Source: Phallusia mammillata
Taxonomy: Eukaryota
Reading direction: 5' to 3'
Length of the DNA: 64,000 bases
NCBI GenBank assembly: GCA_965637545.1
Contig: OZ281494.1
Span: 6,634,001-6,698,000, forward strand
Shown here: piece after piece, positions 1 through 12,839 of the stretch
Layout: each line of letters begins with the position of its first letter
Position numbering within the stretch: position 1 is the stretch's first letter
Made by a program: the position numbers and the translations under genes
Notes under the pieces: generated by a model
What the model saw: the letters and a program-made list of their open reading frames with translations, nothing else
Database searches by the model: none
Told to the model about the DNA's origin: nothing

Positions 1-52
1 GCAAAATATTGTATTTTATTCAATGACTATTCCTTATTTCCAGAAAACAAAC

Positions 53-226
53 CAATTGTGTATTTGACTGTCATGAATTAAGTGAGAGTTGTGTTGCTCT
101 GTAGGTCATCAGTCATTGCAAGATTTCCACCCAGCAACGAACATTTCTCCTGTGCAGTGTTTGCATCAACAAGATCATCAGATAATATCACACTATCCAC
201 TACTGCTTGCATGGAAATTCCGCAAC
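53..226 (-). pseudogene. C-type lectin N-terminal-half exon with in-frame stop; paralog continuing off the left edge
   Basis: Phase-1 exon reading ...SDDLVDANTAQEKCSLLGGNLAMTDDLQSNTTLT*, nearly identical to exons 4525-4701 and 15992-16168; CAA is replaced by TAA at 78-80. Confidence 0.7.
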
Positions 227-1343
227 CTGACAAACAAGCTAAGAACTGTAATGATAGTTCCACAATATGTTACAGCGGAGTACATTTTACATGTTGGCTG
301 GGACGATCCAAATCATCACAAACACCACCCTTCTCGCCATCATAATTCAAAAATGTTCTGCAAATCACTTATGTATTTAAATGCATTCCAATAGTGAGTG
401 ATTACAATTTTCCTTGAAAAGTGTTGATTTTACAACCAATCTGCCACATAAAGTGTTTTAATTCATTGAATAATTTAATGTAGATTTAAACTGCTTTGTT
501 TTCGTAATATCCAACACAAAAAAGACAAATGCAGCTCCAAAAGATCACATTTATTGATTTCCAGTAACTCGAAACATCAATCAAAAACTATTATTACTCC
601 CAAAACAATCTACTGACCTATATTTCACGGCGAATAGACAGGAAAGTCATTTCGCCTTACGTTCTTCTGGTGTTTGTCCAATCAAAAGACTACTTAATAT
701 GGTTTGCAGCATTTGTAGCGCTTATTATATTTGAAATATATCTAAGAGCCAAACCATTCACTAGATTACACATAAATCAATCCCGGACATTTGGCTTTAC
801 TAGCTTGATTGTATTGGTGTGCAATACAGTTAGAAAATAACGAACAACACATACAAATGAAAAAGATTTTCCCGTTTAAAGTTGTTGTTCGTGACATGAG
901 ACACACATACTTAGTTTTGATTTAATGCACATCCAAAAAAAATCTGAGCTTCATTTAATTTACAAATACGTACAAAGTGTTTCTAGTAATTTAATGTAAT
1001 GGTTTAGAACGCACAATATCACATTAATAATGACACAAAAAAACACAAACATTTTCACCACTGCTATTGCAATGATACATATTTATTGTAAAACGATTAG
1101 GTCATCGCAATGCTAAAGACAGACATTTTCCAGGAAAATGGGGGTGGGAACAATAACATTCCGAAAATATATTTTAGATGATCCAGATGTAGTCTCAATA
1201 ATAAAAAAGCCAGTTGTACTGCTACGAAAGATTGTGAAATACTCTTTCGTAGCAATACAACTATCTTTTTGAAATCTTTTTGAAAAAGCTATCGAAAGCA
1301 GAAACACAAATAAATACAAGCACATTCGAGTGGAAATCTTGGT

Positions 1344-3357
1344 TTAGGTTGCTAGTTTATTATGGTACTTGTTGGCAACATTCTCTTTGAAATTTTCGTA
1401 CACCCGCTCGTTTGAATTTTGACCGAGAGTGGATCCTGCAAAAACGTCATATCACTCGCTTAACTAGTTTTTGTCTCCGTGCACTTTCCATTCCTCACCT
1501 TTTGTTGTTTGATTTTGTGACTTTGCGTTTTTTTCTTGGTGAGACATTTTTTTACGTAATAGCAAAACTACCAACACGACAATCACAAACACCAGAAACA
1601 CCATTCCACCAGCCAAAATCCAAAGGATTGTCAGATAAATACCACCATTGTCCACTGGTTGGTTTGTAGGTGAGGATATAGTCAATGCTAAAACATACGA
1701 CAGGGTAACCTCGTGTATAGGCTTAAGTGAGGCCTTCCTGAGTATTTATTGAAACCATAGTCATCGCATTTAATGTTTTCTGACTCAAATTAACAAAAGA
1801 TTTAGTTAATGTCCAAATGCTGTAGGATAAATTCCTGAATAGGATGAAAATGGCTAATTATTTGACTTTCAAGTTTTAAACGAAATGATAGAAAATATAA
1901 TGCTCTTCTCACCTGGAGGAAAGCAACTCGCCGGGGGATTTCCGAAGGTGGTTACGGTAAGATTGGAAGTGACGTTGGCCGTCAGCACACCAACAAGCAT
2001 TACAGTAACCTAAAATATTAAGTGATATAACATTCGTGCACTATTAGTGTAAAATCACTCATGTGTTTAACCAAAATCCTGATTTAAACGTTTCAAGTAC
2101 TCTGTCGTTGTAATGCATTTTGTACCTTGATGTTGTATTGGGTTGAGTAGTTAAGATTATTAATAATTCTTGACAAATCGCTGTACGAAGAATACATTCT
2201 CCAGTGTTGTGTCAAAACATTTATTTCAACCTAAATTAAAAGGCAAACAGAGTTGTCATGTTAAGAGCAACAAATGCATGAAATATTTGTTTAAACAGGC
2301 AATATTACTTGAGCAAATTGTCGATTTTTGTTGATAAATTGTTCGAGTCCAGTCCAACTGATCAAAACAGTTGAAGCGTTGCACGGAAATGTCTTTTTGG
2401 TTGTGATAACTGCACATGACAATGTAGTTAAGATGTTTCACAATGTGAATGCATATGAAAACACTCACGGTTTACTTGACAAGCGTAATAAGCCGGTTCA
2501 CCACTGCATTTTATGCTTGAATGCTCCCATCCGATCCCATAACGCAACGCTCCCTGCTGGCAAGTGGTAACCTTGGAAACGGGATAATTTGCCGGAGATC
2601 CGTCACTCCAATACCAATCATTCGTGTTGTAACGAGCTCCAATAATAACTTTAAGGTCTGATCAAAATGTACATGTTAGAGCATCCAAACTGATGTAGTG
2701 CGGTTTGTGGTTTGAAACAAACACTCACCTGGTGTCAGGAATGATCCATTGTAGTGTGAGAAAGTTCCAAATGTTTGATTAACACTTCGTAACTTGTCGG
2801 ACCTAATACCATAACTTCTAAAGTTGTAAATTTGTTTTTGACTGTTTAAAGTTTTAGAAAACAATGTGAATCTCACTTTCCAACCTGCAAAATGCATTTG
2901 TTATGCGATTGTTTGTGCACAATGATGTTAAGCAAGCGGTATACCGCAAAATTATGAAACTGAAAATTATGAACTGATATTTTGAGTATTTTTGTGGTTA
3001 AGCTTCGTGTACTTTCCTTAACGCAGTGAGTCGCGCACTCGCATTCCACAGCCACATGATTCGTTAAATATTCTGCATTAATTATTGTTTTGCCTGTAGT
3101 GATTAATCTTCGTTGGTGCTTTGTAAATCAGTAATTATCCGATCTATAAATGCTTGTTTCGTTTAGTCGTCATTGATTGTATTTTACTCTTTGAGTGAAT
3201 AATACAAAAAAAACAGGCATGATGAATAACAATTTTAAAAGTTTAATCCATAGCGTACACTTAGCATAGTTACAGCCATAAATTCTGAAACATATATCAG
3301 AAAATAATTGTAGTTACTATTATGATAGATATTGGATATTAAAAAGCTTTCTAAATT

Positions 3358-3429
<72 letters not shown>

Positions 3430-4879
3430 CAGGTCAGCGTGCAATAACAGGTCTCAGAACTATAGAAGATATTCGAAATACGGATCAAGTACTCAACAGG
3501 TTTGCCGGTGTTTTACATAAAGAACGAAATGCATTTCAGATGCGATGTTTCACCACTTGCACAGTACGGATGGTTCTGCCCCACGTCTGTACAGACTGCC
3601 GAAACTCCATAAGACAGATTTGCTCCATTGTGTATTTTATTGGAAGCCGGACCTACAACCTGGCGAAATACCTGGCTCGACTTGTGGCGCCCTTGCTAGA
3701 ATTCACTGTGAGGAATTCTGAGGAGTTTGTGAAAGCAGTACAGAGCAGCAGTCATTGGATGAAGACGAAACGTTGATTTTATTCATGAGTCAAGACTGTT
3801 GGATGACTACAGCCATGAGGATAAACGTGGTCGATGACACATTCTATACATCATGAAACATAGCCAGGTTAAAGCGTTTCTGGATCACTTAAACAACGGG
3901 CAGCAAGGAAACATTTGTCATGAGATTGCAAATTAACAACCGGCTTCCCTTTCTGGATGTGGAGGTATTACTGGCAACATACGGAAAACTTTCCACGCGA
4001 GTGTATCACAAACCAACGAGCACCAAGCTCCACTTGCATTTCACGTATCACCATCCTTTACACCAAGAGAGCTGTGGTAAAAGCACTTACAGATCAGGCC
4101 CGACGTCGATGCTGCCGCATCTCAAAGACCCCATAGATACAAACACAATGTGCATCGGCGAGAAGGTTTTGTATACATTATTACATTTTTGTACACACAT
4201 TATGCCTGAAAGCAACAGTTTATTTATGCAAAATACCTGTTTAAATATACAAACTTTTAACTTCTCTTTCAAACAAATGGATATCAAAACAAACATACTT
4301 TCAGTTTGCTTGGGCTTTACCTTTTGTACAAGTCGAAATACCACAGATGTCCGAGAGATTTTGTACTTTTCCAGAAATCCACTTCAGTCGAATTCTTTGA
4401 GTATTTGCATCTTTCATATGTGACGGGGTCATAAAAAATATAAACCCGCTGCAAACCTGGAACAAAGTTAGATTCCAGTTTTGATTAAATTGATGCACAA
4501 TCATACGTATCTCAAAAAACAAACCTTTCGTGTATTTGTCCGTCATGATTTGAGTGAGAGTTGTGTTGATCTGTGGGTCATTAGTCATTGCAAGATTTCC
4601 ACCCAGCAAAGAACATTTCTCCTGTGCAGTGTTTGCATCCACAAGATCGTCAGATAATTTTAACACACTGTCCTTCACTGCTCGAAATGTGTTTTCGGAA
4701 CCTGGAAAATCTCTCCTTTTTATTTCTTGGTTTATATCGTCGCGTAATTGTATTTTGCGCTAAACCACTACTGTACATTACGGTTTAAAATAAACATTTT
4801 TTTCTGTTTTGGTTTACTTTGAAAGTTCACATTTGAAACTTTTACAAGTTATTTAAGTATACTTACTTTCAGTTTGTCC
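1344..4879 (-). CDS. Gene A: single-pass type I receptor (split C-type lectin + FN3 + TM + short Tyr-containing tail); possibly disrupted
   Basis: Exons 4525-4701, 4321-4456, 2729-2884, 2469-2657 (IIGARY..WYWSDG..C..W..C..YACQ), 2309-2409, 2126-2230 and 1913-2009 (FN3: STVLISW...NNLNYSTQYNIKVTV), 1499-1687 (TM ILWILAGGMVFLVFVIVVLVVLLLRKK), 1344-1435 (tail GSTLGQNSNERVYENF...). Phases are compatible except that the expected phase2-1 exon between 4321 and 2884 is not cleanly found next to a Penelope insertion. Start codon not resolved. Confidence 0.7.
3361..3428. repeat. (CA)34 microsatellite
   Basis: Perfect CA run read directly. Confidence 0.98.
3430..4085 (+). mobile_element. Degenerate Penelope-like retroelement RT fragment
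   Basis: Motifs PRLYRLPKLHK, IGSRTYNLAKYL, VDDTF, LPFLDV...VYHKPT...HLHFTYHHP spread over broken frames; typical of PLE reverse transcriptase and the region following it. Confidence 0.8.
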
Positions 4880-6007
4880 CTGTAAGAAAAAAAGGAATTG
4901 GGCGTTTACAAAAATATGTTCGCTTGGTCTGGTCCTTCCCCCACGTTTTTGTTTCCTAAGGCGTTTTTGTTTATATTGCAACTTACAAAAAGATAGCGTC
5001 TGTTGTAAACTAATTTGCAACTTGTCACTTTTTTCAAATGAAAACAATCTTTCTCGGAAATTTGAAAACAACTGTTTTAATTTGCGGTCTTTAAAAGTTG
5101 CTATTCTTTTGACAACTTTGGCTGGTTAGCTTGTTCTTATTTGTCAAGGTAATTCACCCCAACATGTAAAATATTGAACAGTTTACTCCACTGTTGGTGT
5201 TTACTGTCTGTATGCTAGGTTCTCCGCGTTACCAATGGCTTGTTGTTTTGCCTCTGAGTATTTGTCTTCAAAACATACGCCTGTGTGTGGGAAAATATTT
5301 CGTTACGTTGCATAAGCACTGTGTGGGATATCAAGCACCACAGTTAACCAAACCCTGTACACTAATACTGTTAGTTATTACTATTAATAAAATGAATTGG
5401 TTACTGGGAACGGTAAGGCGTTGATACAAAGGCATCAGCAGAGGGTACAATGTCCTTGACTGCAGTGAAGCTCTGCTGCTGTTACTTCTGTATACTTACT
5501 TATCAATTTCCACTTCATATTGATGATTTATTGTGTACATTCATGTAAGTGATTCGTTATTCGCACACACAACCGCTGGTAGAGCGCCTCCAAATGATAC
5601 GTTACTGTTGTAGGTTTGATCTTACTCTAAAGCACGTGGACTGAAATACTTTGAAATGCTGTCTCCTGCATTACTTGTGCACTGTTGTTCAGCCTAATGT
5701 CTTTATAATATGATTGTGTTTCAACAGATGTATTTTGTTCAACATAAAGTACAAACACTCAATAAATTTTTAATAAAATATAACCAATTGCAAAAAGAAG
5801 GTTTCCATAAACTTTATTGATTATTATAACCAGGTACACATATAGTAGATAGTTTTGTTCGTACAACAGCTAAACTTTATTTCATTTGTCACCAGTTGTA
5901 TGGCAATGAACCTAAAATCAAACCGATACTGAGTTATATGTGGGTGCCTTTTTCATTAACACACGTCACAAAAGCACGCGGAAAACTTAAGTCATAATTT
6001 TGAACAT

Positions 6008-9000
6008 ATTGTAATTGTAATTGTAATCAATTGTTTATTTGTTTCAGCGCCCAAGCATAATCATAGGTCAGGTGACATGTAGGTAAACGTGTGAAATAAG
6101 GGTGGAAACAAAAAGGGTGCAGCTGGAACCACAATTGGCTATTTTTTAAAAGCTGACCCTATCTATTTGATGGTGAATTTTTAGTACAAATTGTAAACAC
6201 AAGAAGAAAAAATATAAAGTAAGCACTGCGTGACAACCGTTTTAAATGCATCGAGTAAATAATAAACATGAACACATGTGAAAATACGACAATAACAGTA
6301 GTTCAGTTTGCATTTCTTCAGGCAGTAATCGCACACCTGTCTGGAGGGATAATTAGAAAGCGGTAATTGGGTTGCGTAAGTAATCAAGACCATAACACCC
6401 CGTGGAATGTAAATAATGCACCACGTGGTGTGGTGCATGCCAAATGAACAGCTAATCTTGGGAATTTATAGAGTGACAGTCATGACTCATGTATATGTTT
6501 CCAGTATTAAAGATTTGCTGTTATTCATGAAAGCTTTTAATCCAGTTTTTTTGTTAGTTAATTTGTTGGGTAGTTTATTCCAAACTGTGGTGCACTTGTA
6601 TCTGAGTGTATTTTGGGCTCGGCTTGAAGAAACTTGGGGAACGAAAAATTTTTGTGTTGTGGCACCTCTTGTTGCATGTTTATGTATTAATGAAGTGAAA
6701 GTGAAAAAGTTGTCGAAAGCCGGAGGCAGTCTTTTGTGTACGAACTGAAACGCAAATTTTGCCAATTCCATGTTGTGCATGTCATGTAATTTGAGAATGT
6801 TAGTTTTTTTGTACAACTTGTTAATTGAGGTTCGAAGAGGGCTGTTGGTCATGATTTTTAAAATTCTATTTTGCATAACTGACAGTTGGTGTATGTCGGT
6901 TTTGTTTGCAAAACCCCAAGAGAGTAATCCATAAAGGAGGTGTGGATGCACCAAGGAAAAATAAAGACAGCGTAGCGTTGATGATTGCAGATAATGTCTT
7001 AGCTTGGAGAAAACTCCTGCAGCTGAAGCAATTTTATTTCGGATGAAGTGGATGTGTTCAGCCCAAGACATTTTCTCATCAAAAATCACACCCAGATATT
7101 TTAGTGACTTTACTTTTTCCAATTCCTTACCATTTACAGAGATTCGCAGATTGAAGGAAGCGGATTGCGGAGAAAACATCATATATTTGGTTTTTGTGTG
7201 ATTGAGGGACAGTTGATTGGCTCTCATCCACTTGTCAACCTTTGTCAGTTCTTCATTGACGGTCATCTGCAGTGTTGAAATGTTATCATTGGACATCCAG
7301 AGACAGGTGTCATCGGCAAACAAACGGGTTTCAAAGTTGGATGCAGTCGGAAGGTCATTAATGTAAATTAAAAAGAGCAGAGGGCCAAGGACTGAGCCTT
7401 GCGGTACGCCACATGTCAAGTAGCAAAATGGTGATCGGTGTCCTGAAAAGCAAGTGCTTTGTTGTCTTCTATTTAAATAACTTCTGAGAAACATGTTTAT
7501 GTGTCCACGAAAGCCATAATGTTCAAGCTTTTGAAGTAATACTTCATGATTGACTGTATCAAATGCTTTAGCTAAGTCTAGAAATATAGCACAAGTGTGA
7601 AGTTTTTTGTCCTTTGCTGCAACTAAGTTGTCATGAATTTCAGCAATTGTTAAGTTTGTGGAATGTAAAGGTCTAAATCCATTTTGATGTTTTGTTAATA
7701 CATGATATTTTTCCAAAAAGGTTGCCATACGCTTGTATATAAGTTTTTCGAATATTTTAGAAAAGATAGGAAGTAAGGAGATGGGACGATAATTTCCTAA
7801 TTGTTTGGCACAACCTGCTTTGAAAAGTGGAATGACTTTGGCGATTTTTAAGGAATTTGGAAATGAACCAACCTGAACTGCATCATTAAAAAGTGTGCAA
7901 AGAATTGGTGAAAGAGCAGGAGCTGCAAGCTTGATTAGACGGATTGGAATTTCGTATGGACCTATGGATTTTTTTTCGTCGAGATTATGGATGATATTAT
8001 ACACTTCTGTTGTGCATACATCATGAAACTGAAATGAGTTGGACATTGGATTGTGAAGATATGACTTGGGTGGAACTGTTGCAGGTACAATTTTTGAAGC
8101 CATGTCCTTACCTATACTTGAAAAATGTATGTTAAAAGTGTTAGCAATTTGCTTTGGGTTGGTGAGTGTTCTATTTTGATGGATTATTTGAGATGCCCGG
8201 GGGTTTGCTGAGTGCCTGTGTGAAATAATTTTGTTTATAAGTTGCCATGTCTTTTTCGTATTATTTGTGTTATTATCAAATAAGGTTTTGTAATAATTTT
8301 GTTTTGCTGCTCTGATAATGTTTTTTAGCCTTTTTGCATATTGTTTGTATTTGTCACTTATTTTACCAATAGCAACACATTGTTTGTACAGTTTGTTTTT
8401 GAAGAATGTAGTATGTAACATTTCTTTTGTTTAGGTCAAACAAACACTGTTCGAAGTGTGTGGAGAAAAATGTGATGCCAGGACCAGAACCATGTTGCTT
8501 GTATTGTTTGCATTTAACTTTGTTTCTGTGATTGCAATTATATGAGGCTCAAAGTCAATTGTATGCAGAAATTCTTCCATTATGTGTAAATTGTGTGCAA
8601 GACTTCTAACATTAAATTGTAGTAATGTTAAGTCATTAGTGGTAGCGGTGTGTATTAGTGTTTTAAACTCTTTTATATCAAAATATTTGGATTCTTTGAT
8701 GTTGGTCATGGATTTATTGGGGTATCTGATGAAAAATTGCTGTGTGATGCATTATGCAAATGGTGAAATGACAATAAGGGACATTTTAACAGGTGCTTAC
8801 AAATCAAGAAATTGTGAGGTGCAAAAACAAACAAAAAGAAAGAATACATACAGATTGGATTGCCAGTTGATGTGCTACAACAGTTATGATGATGTGGGAA
8901 TGTTGTTTTTCTGCATATCTCCTTCATTGTGGATCGCAATTGTAGAAGATGTTTCATTCTTCTTTAATAGAATGGTCCCGTTTCGTGTCCAAATGAACTT

Positions 9001-9350
9001 GTAGTTTTTTTGTCGCTTATATTGTAGACATTGGTAAAAACATTTTTTTGTTTGCTCTTGTAAGACTTTCATTTATATATATTGGTGACTGGTGTGAATT
9101 TTCCTCGGAAACCCTTGTTTTGAACAATTTAGACCGATTGTTGTAGATTTCATCACGGATTTTTCTGTTTGTAAACTTCACAATTATTGGGGTTGATTGT
9201 TTGTTGTGTTGTTCATTTTGCAATGAACCAAGTCTGTGGGAGATGCTTATGTTTTCTTTTCTAACTGTGACACCAAGACGTTTAGCAACTGCGACAACAA
9301 TTTCATCAGTACATTCATTGGTGGTTTGTGGGAACATAACCACATGCCTA
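6008..9350 (-). mobile_element. CR1/L2-clade LINE, 5'-truncated, with internal deletion in the endonuclease
   Basis: ORF1 C-terminal part (HRLG..PIIVKF..IYINESLT..FIWTRNGTILLKK, 8884-9355, frameshifted), APE N-terminus only (QFNVRSL..IIAITETKL, 8431-8709), 644-aa RT ORF, 3' stem-loop about 6114-6159, AATAAA then a (TTACAA)3 tail at about 6008-6040. Confidence 0.9.
6487..8421 (-). CDS. LINE ORF2 reverse transcriptase domain
   Basis: NYRPISLLP, FLDLAKAFDTV, GVPQGSVLGPLLFLIYINDLP, FADDT, KYLGV. Confidence 0.95.
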   Translation of the reverse strand: MLHTTFFKNKLYKQCVAIGKISDKYKQYAKRLKNIIRAAKQNYYKTLFDNNTNNTKKTWQLINKIISHRHSANPRASQIIHQNRTLTNPKQIANTFNIHFSSIGKDMASKIVPATVPPKSYLHNPMSNSFQFHDVCTTEVYNIIHNLDEKKSIGPYEIPIRLIKLAAPALSPILCTLFNDAVQVGSFPNSLKIAKVIPLFKAGCAKQLGNYRPISLLPIFSKIFEKLIYKRMATFLEKYHVLTKHQNGFRPLHSTNLTIAEIHDNLVAAKDKKLHTCAIFLDLAKAFDTVNHEVLLQKLEHYGFRGHINMFLRSYLNRRQQSTCFSGHRSPFCYLTCGVPQGSVLGPLLFLIYINDLPTASNFETRLFADDTCLWMSNDNISTLQMTVNEELTKVDKWMRANQLSLNHTKTKYMMFSPQSASFNLRISVNGKELEKVKSLKYLGVIFDEKMSWAEHIHFIRNKIASAAGVFSKLRHYLQSSTLRCLYFSLVHPHLLYGLLSWGFANKTDIHQLSVMQNRILKIMTNSPLRTSINKLYKKTNILKLHDMHNMELAKFAFQFVHKRLPPAFDNFFTFTSLIHKHATRGATTQKFFVPQVSSSRAQNTLRYKCTTVWNKLPNKLTNKKTGLKAFMNNSKSLILETYT

Positions 9351-9990
9351 TCCACTTAAATGTTTATTATTGCCATAAGACACTCGTACAGAATTAGAAA
9401 CTAAGCGTAGTTTATTTACAATCAATACACCAACCAGTGGAAGTAAAATTTTTGCACTATCGTGTATTTTGTACGCAACTTCTAAACAAATTCTGAGTTA
9501 TCCGTTCAACAAAAAATTAATAATTATATTGTCGATTTTCAACCTAACGGCTCTTCTTATTTTTTGTGATTTCACGTTAAGCTGAGAGTAGAACGACAAA
9601 CTAAATTTTAAAATTTATAATATTAAAGTGAATTATTTCACTTACATTTGGTTTGTCCTTTCGAGTAATAAGCAGCCAGCAACAAGATCATGAAAACCAA
9701 AAAGACTTTCCTTATTTCACTATTTCCTGTTTACCCCTAGTATACCTGTTATTGGCTTGTTCAATGTTAACTCTTCCTATTTTCGTAGATTGGAGTTAGT
9801 ATACAGGAGTAAACAGTAGCATGTTGTGTATTAGCATGTGTACATGGCCCAACCTACTCTTTGTAGGTTTCCTAGACTGCTTATTTCGTCTCTGATTAAT
9901 TGTTTTCGTAGTACTACACGTTTTGTTTTACTGCCCTGCTTTATGGTGTTGTAGAGATATTTTAAAAGCCAACTAGTCTAACCACTAGAA

Positions 9991-10455
9991 CAGTGGTTCT
10001 CAACCTGTTTTACTATGCGACCCCCTTTAGAGATTTTAGAACACAACGCGACCCCTTTACACACACACACAAGGTTTGGTTTGGGTGACCGCTAAGTAGT
10101 TTTAAGAGACCGCAAGTGTTTCATTCAAATACCAAAAAATCCAAAATTGTCCAAATTGGTCCAAAGTCCAAACGTGGCTGCAATAGTTTTGCGTTTTGCT
10201 GTCCCCTAGAAAATCCTTAAAATTGTGTTTTTGTCTCATTTTCACTAATCATTTCACTATTTCGTGTTTCTTATGTTTAAAAACCCAAACACCGCAAATA
10301 TAAAAGTATACAATAGCAAATATTGTTGCGCCCGTTCTAAATCAAATGGTCGTGTGAGTTACTATGATGAACAGAAGTCGCAAGTATTTATGATACGGGT
10401 AAAATTATCCGGTGTTTGGTTGCGTCTTCACGACCCCCCAGGTTGAGAAACACTG
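9991..10455. mobile_element. hAT (Charlie-like) MITE
   Basis: TIRs CAGTGGTTCTCAACCTG / CAGGTTGAGAAACACTG; 8-bp TSD CACTAGAA / AACTAGAA. Confidence 0.85.
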
Positions 10456-12839
10456 AACTAGAAAGAATACCTCTAAGGAGTATTTAGATCTATTCAAATT
10501 TAAATCAGTGATTAAATTTGGTTGTTAAAAAATGATTAATGTACAAGCAGCACGAATTTTACAAACAATGTAACTTTCCTGAAGTCATGGAGCATTTAAA
10601 AACTATTTTAACATCATTTATACCCTACTAACTCTGCAACCATACAGCACCAAACCAAATAAAGCATAACAATATGACTTATGGTAATGTAAACCACATA
10701 TCAAGTAAACATGGGAGTTTAATTCATAAAAAGTACGCAGTACTGGGTTGACATATACATTTAGATGGTTTGCATTTACAGCGGAATATTTATACAAGTA
10801 ACTTAACTGCAACGGTGCGTTTTTACATGACAATAAACATTATTGTGTAAAGACCTTTCCATATTTATTGTTTACAATTTAAAATTTAATACAGATGTAT
10901 ACCACGCTTTCTGATTCATTGCGAAATTTTTCTGTATTCGGGAAGTCATAGAAAAATTCCGATACCATGTTGTTGTCATAAAAAATTGTATCGCTTTACA
11001 CATTAACCTGATTAACATATAAAGCTTTTCCACATAGGGAACGATGACAGTTACGTTTGTTAAAAGTCACGTGACACATGCTCCAATTGCCAACATCACT
11101 GATGACGTAAGCGGTTTTGTAAATTCGAAATATGAGCGCCATCAACTGGATGTAAAGCGCCATCCACGTCATACCACAGTGCGCAATATATTTGCCAGCT
11201 ATGACGTTGATTAGATGTATGCTTGACTGTCACATCGACTTGTGGATATGTCTCGGCCAGAAAACGAACGCTAGGAACTGGCAGATTTGCGTGGGGTTCC
11301 TGGGCGTTTGCAAAACCAAATTATTGTTATGTAAGGCTTGCCAAGCGAAACGTTTATCTGACTAATATACAAAATTTCAGATCAGTGTGTTAAATATAAG
11401 TAAATCAATCTCCCCAGCACACATGAAGCATATTTTATAAGTTTACACAACAACGTTGTTACAGGCTACGGGTAGCAATTTCCTCGCAAATATAAACGCT
11501 AGTTGAATTTGTAACATTTGTCTTATAGCGGTTTTGAAAATGATGGAAATGCGTCTTTAAAACAGTACAGAGAAATGTTTTCTTCACTTAGCTGATTTGA
11601 CTGTGACAAGTAAGTATTTGTGGGAAATTGTTGTCACTCCTGCCAAAAACGAAAATGTTGTTTGTACACAAATCACTTGACACCGTCGTTTAATATCACG
11701 CGCCTGTAACATTGTATCATTGTACAAAGAGACAAATGTACATCTGACGCGACACAAATGAACTGCCATAACACGACAGACATGGAAAGGTGGTTTCTGT
11801 GTGTTTGCTGATAAATTTCCGGAGGTTTAACGTTTACTCCTGCCCAGAGACAGTCGGATATGAGGAACTCAATATGTTTTTCTGTAACGTGAAATTAATT
11901 TCATGGAAAATAACCGCAAACCGCATTTCAAAATAGAAATCACAGCGCGTTATACTGTGCAGAATGTAGATAAAAACAAAAGCCTTACAATGTAAAACTG
12001 CAAGTGATCGCAGCTAAAACAAGTGGAAAAATACTCACAGTCATGAAAGAATATTGGGATTTTTATTGTGAATCATTTGACCCTTTTCAATTTCAACCAA
12101 ATAATTCGACCCCAATCAAATAAATCGATGCAATAAGTTTATTGTTGTAATAGGAATAAACATGGCTTAGAAGGTAAACGAATTTAGTAAGTAAGACATT
12201 TGACTCCAATCTATGAAAAGTATAGAAAGACGAGCTTGACATAAACATTTTCTTTTCCTGCACTTACAGTCGACAAAAAATACAGATTATAATCAACTGC
12301 AACTTGTGCTTTTACATGACAATAAACATGAATGTTTTTGACAATCGTAGTTGCATATTTAAAGATTAAGACACGGATGAATATCACGCTTTCTATATAT
12401 TAGTACTTCTGTTGTCTGATGGACATAGATTATTTCGGCAGACAATGTTGTTGTTATAATATAAGGTGTATCGCTTTGCACTTTAACCGACTACAATACA
12501 AAGCTTTTTCGCATAATAAGCGATGACAGTTACGTTTGTTAAACGTCACGTAAAACAACCTCCAATTGCCAATTTTTACAATGATGACGTCACCGGTTTT
12601 GTGAATTTCAAGTATGAGAACCACCATCTGGATACAAAGCGCAATTTACATCATACAACAGAGCGACACAAATGCCAAACACACGATTGCTAATATCATG
12701 TAACGTCTAGAAAACAGGATTCTATCAAGGTGACGAAGACCGTAATAGGAAATTTAGAAAGCAACGGACGAAAAATAACTGTCACGAAAGTCAACTCCTT
12801 AGCGTTTGTCCTGTTACTTGTGGATCAGATCCAAACAGC

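Noticed and set aside
3235-3520. ORFs with CVCV/HTHT runs
   Set aside because: Translations of the (CA)n microsatellite.
4301-4678. 125-aa ORF as a single-exon protein
   Set aside because: It reads through an intron; synonymous differences versus the paralog show the second exon uses another frame.
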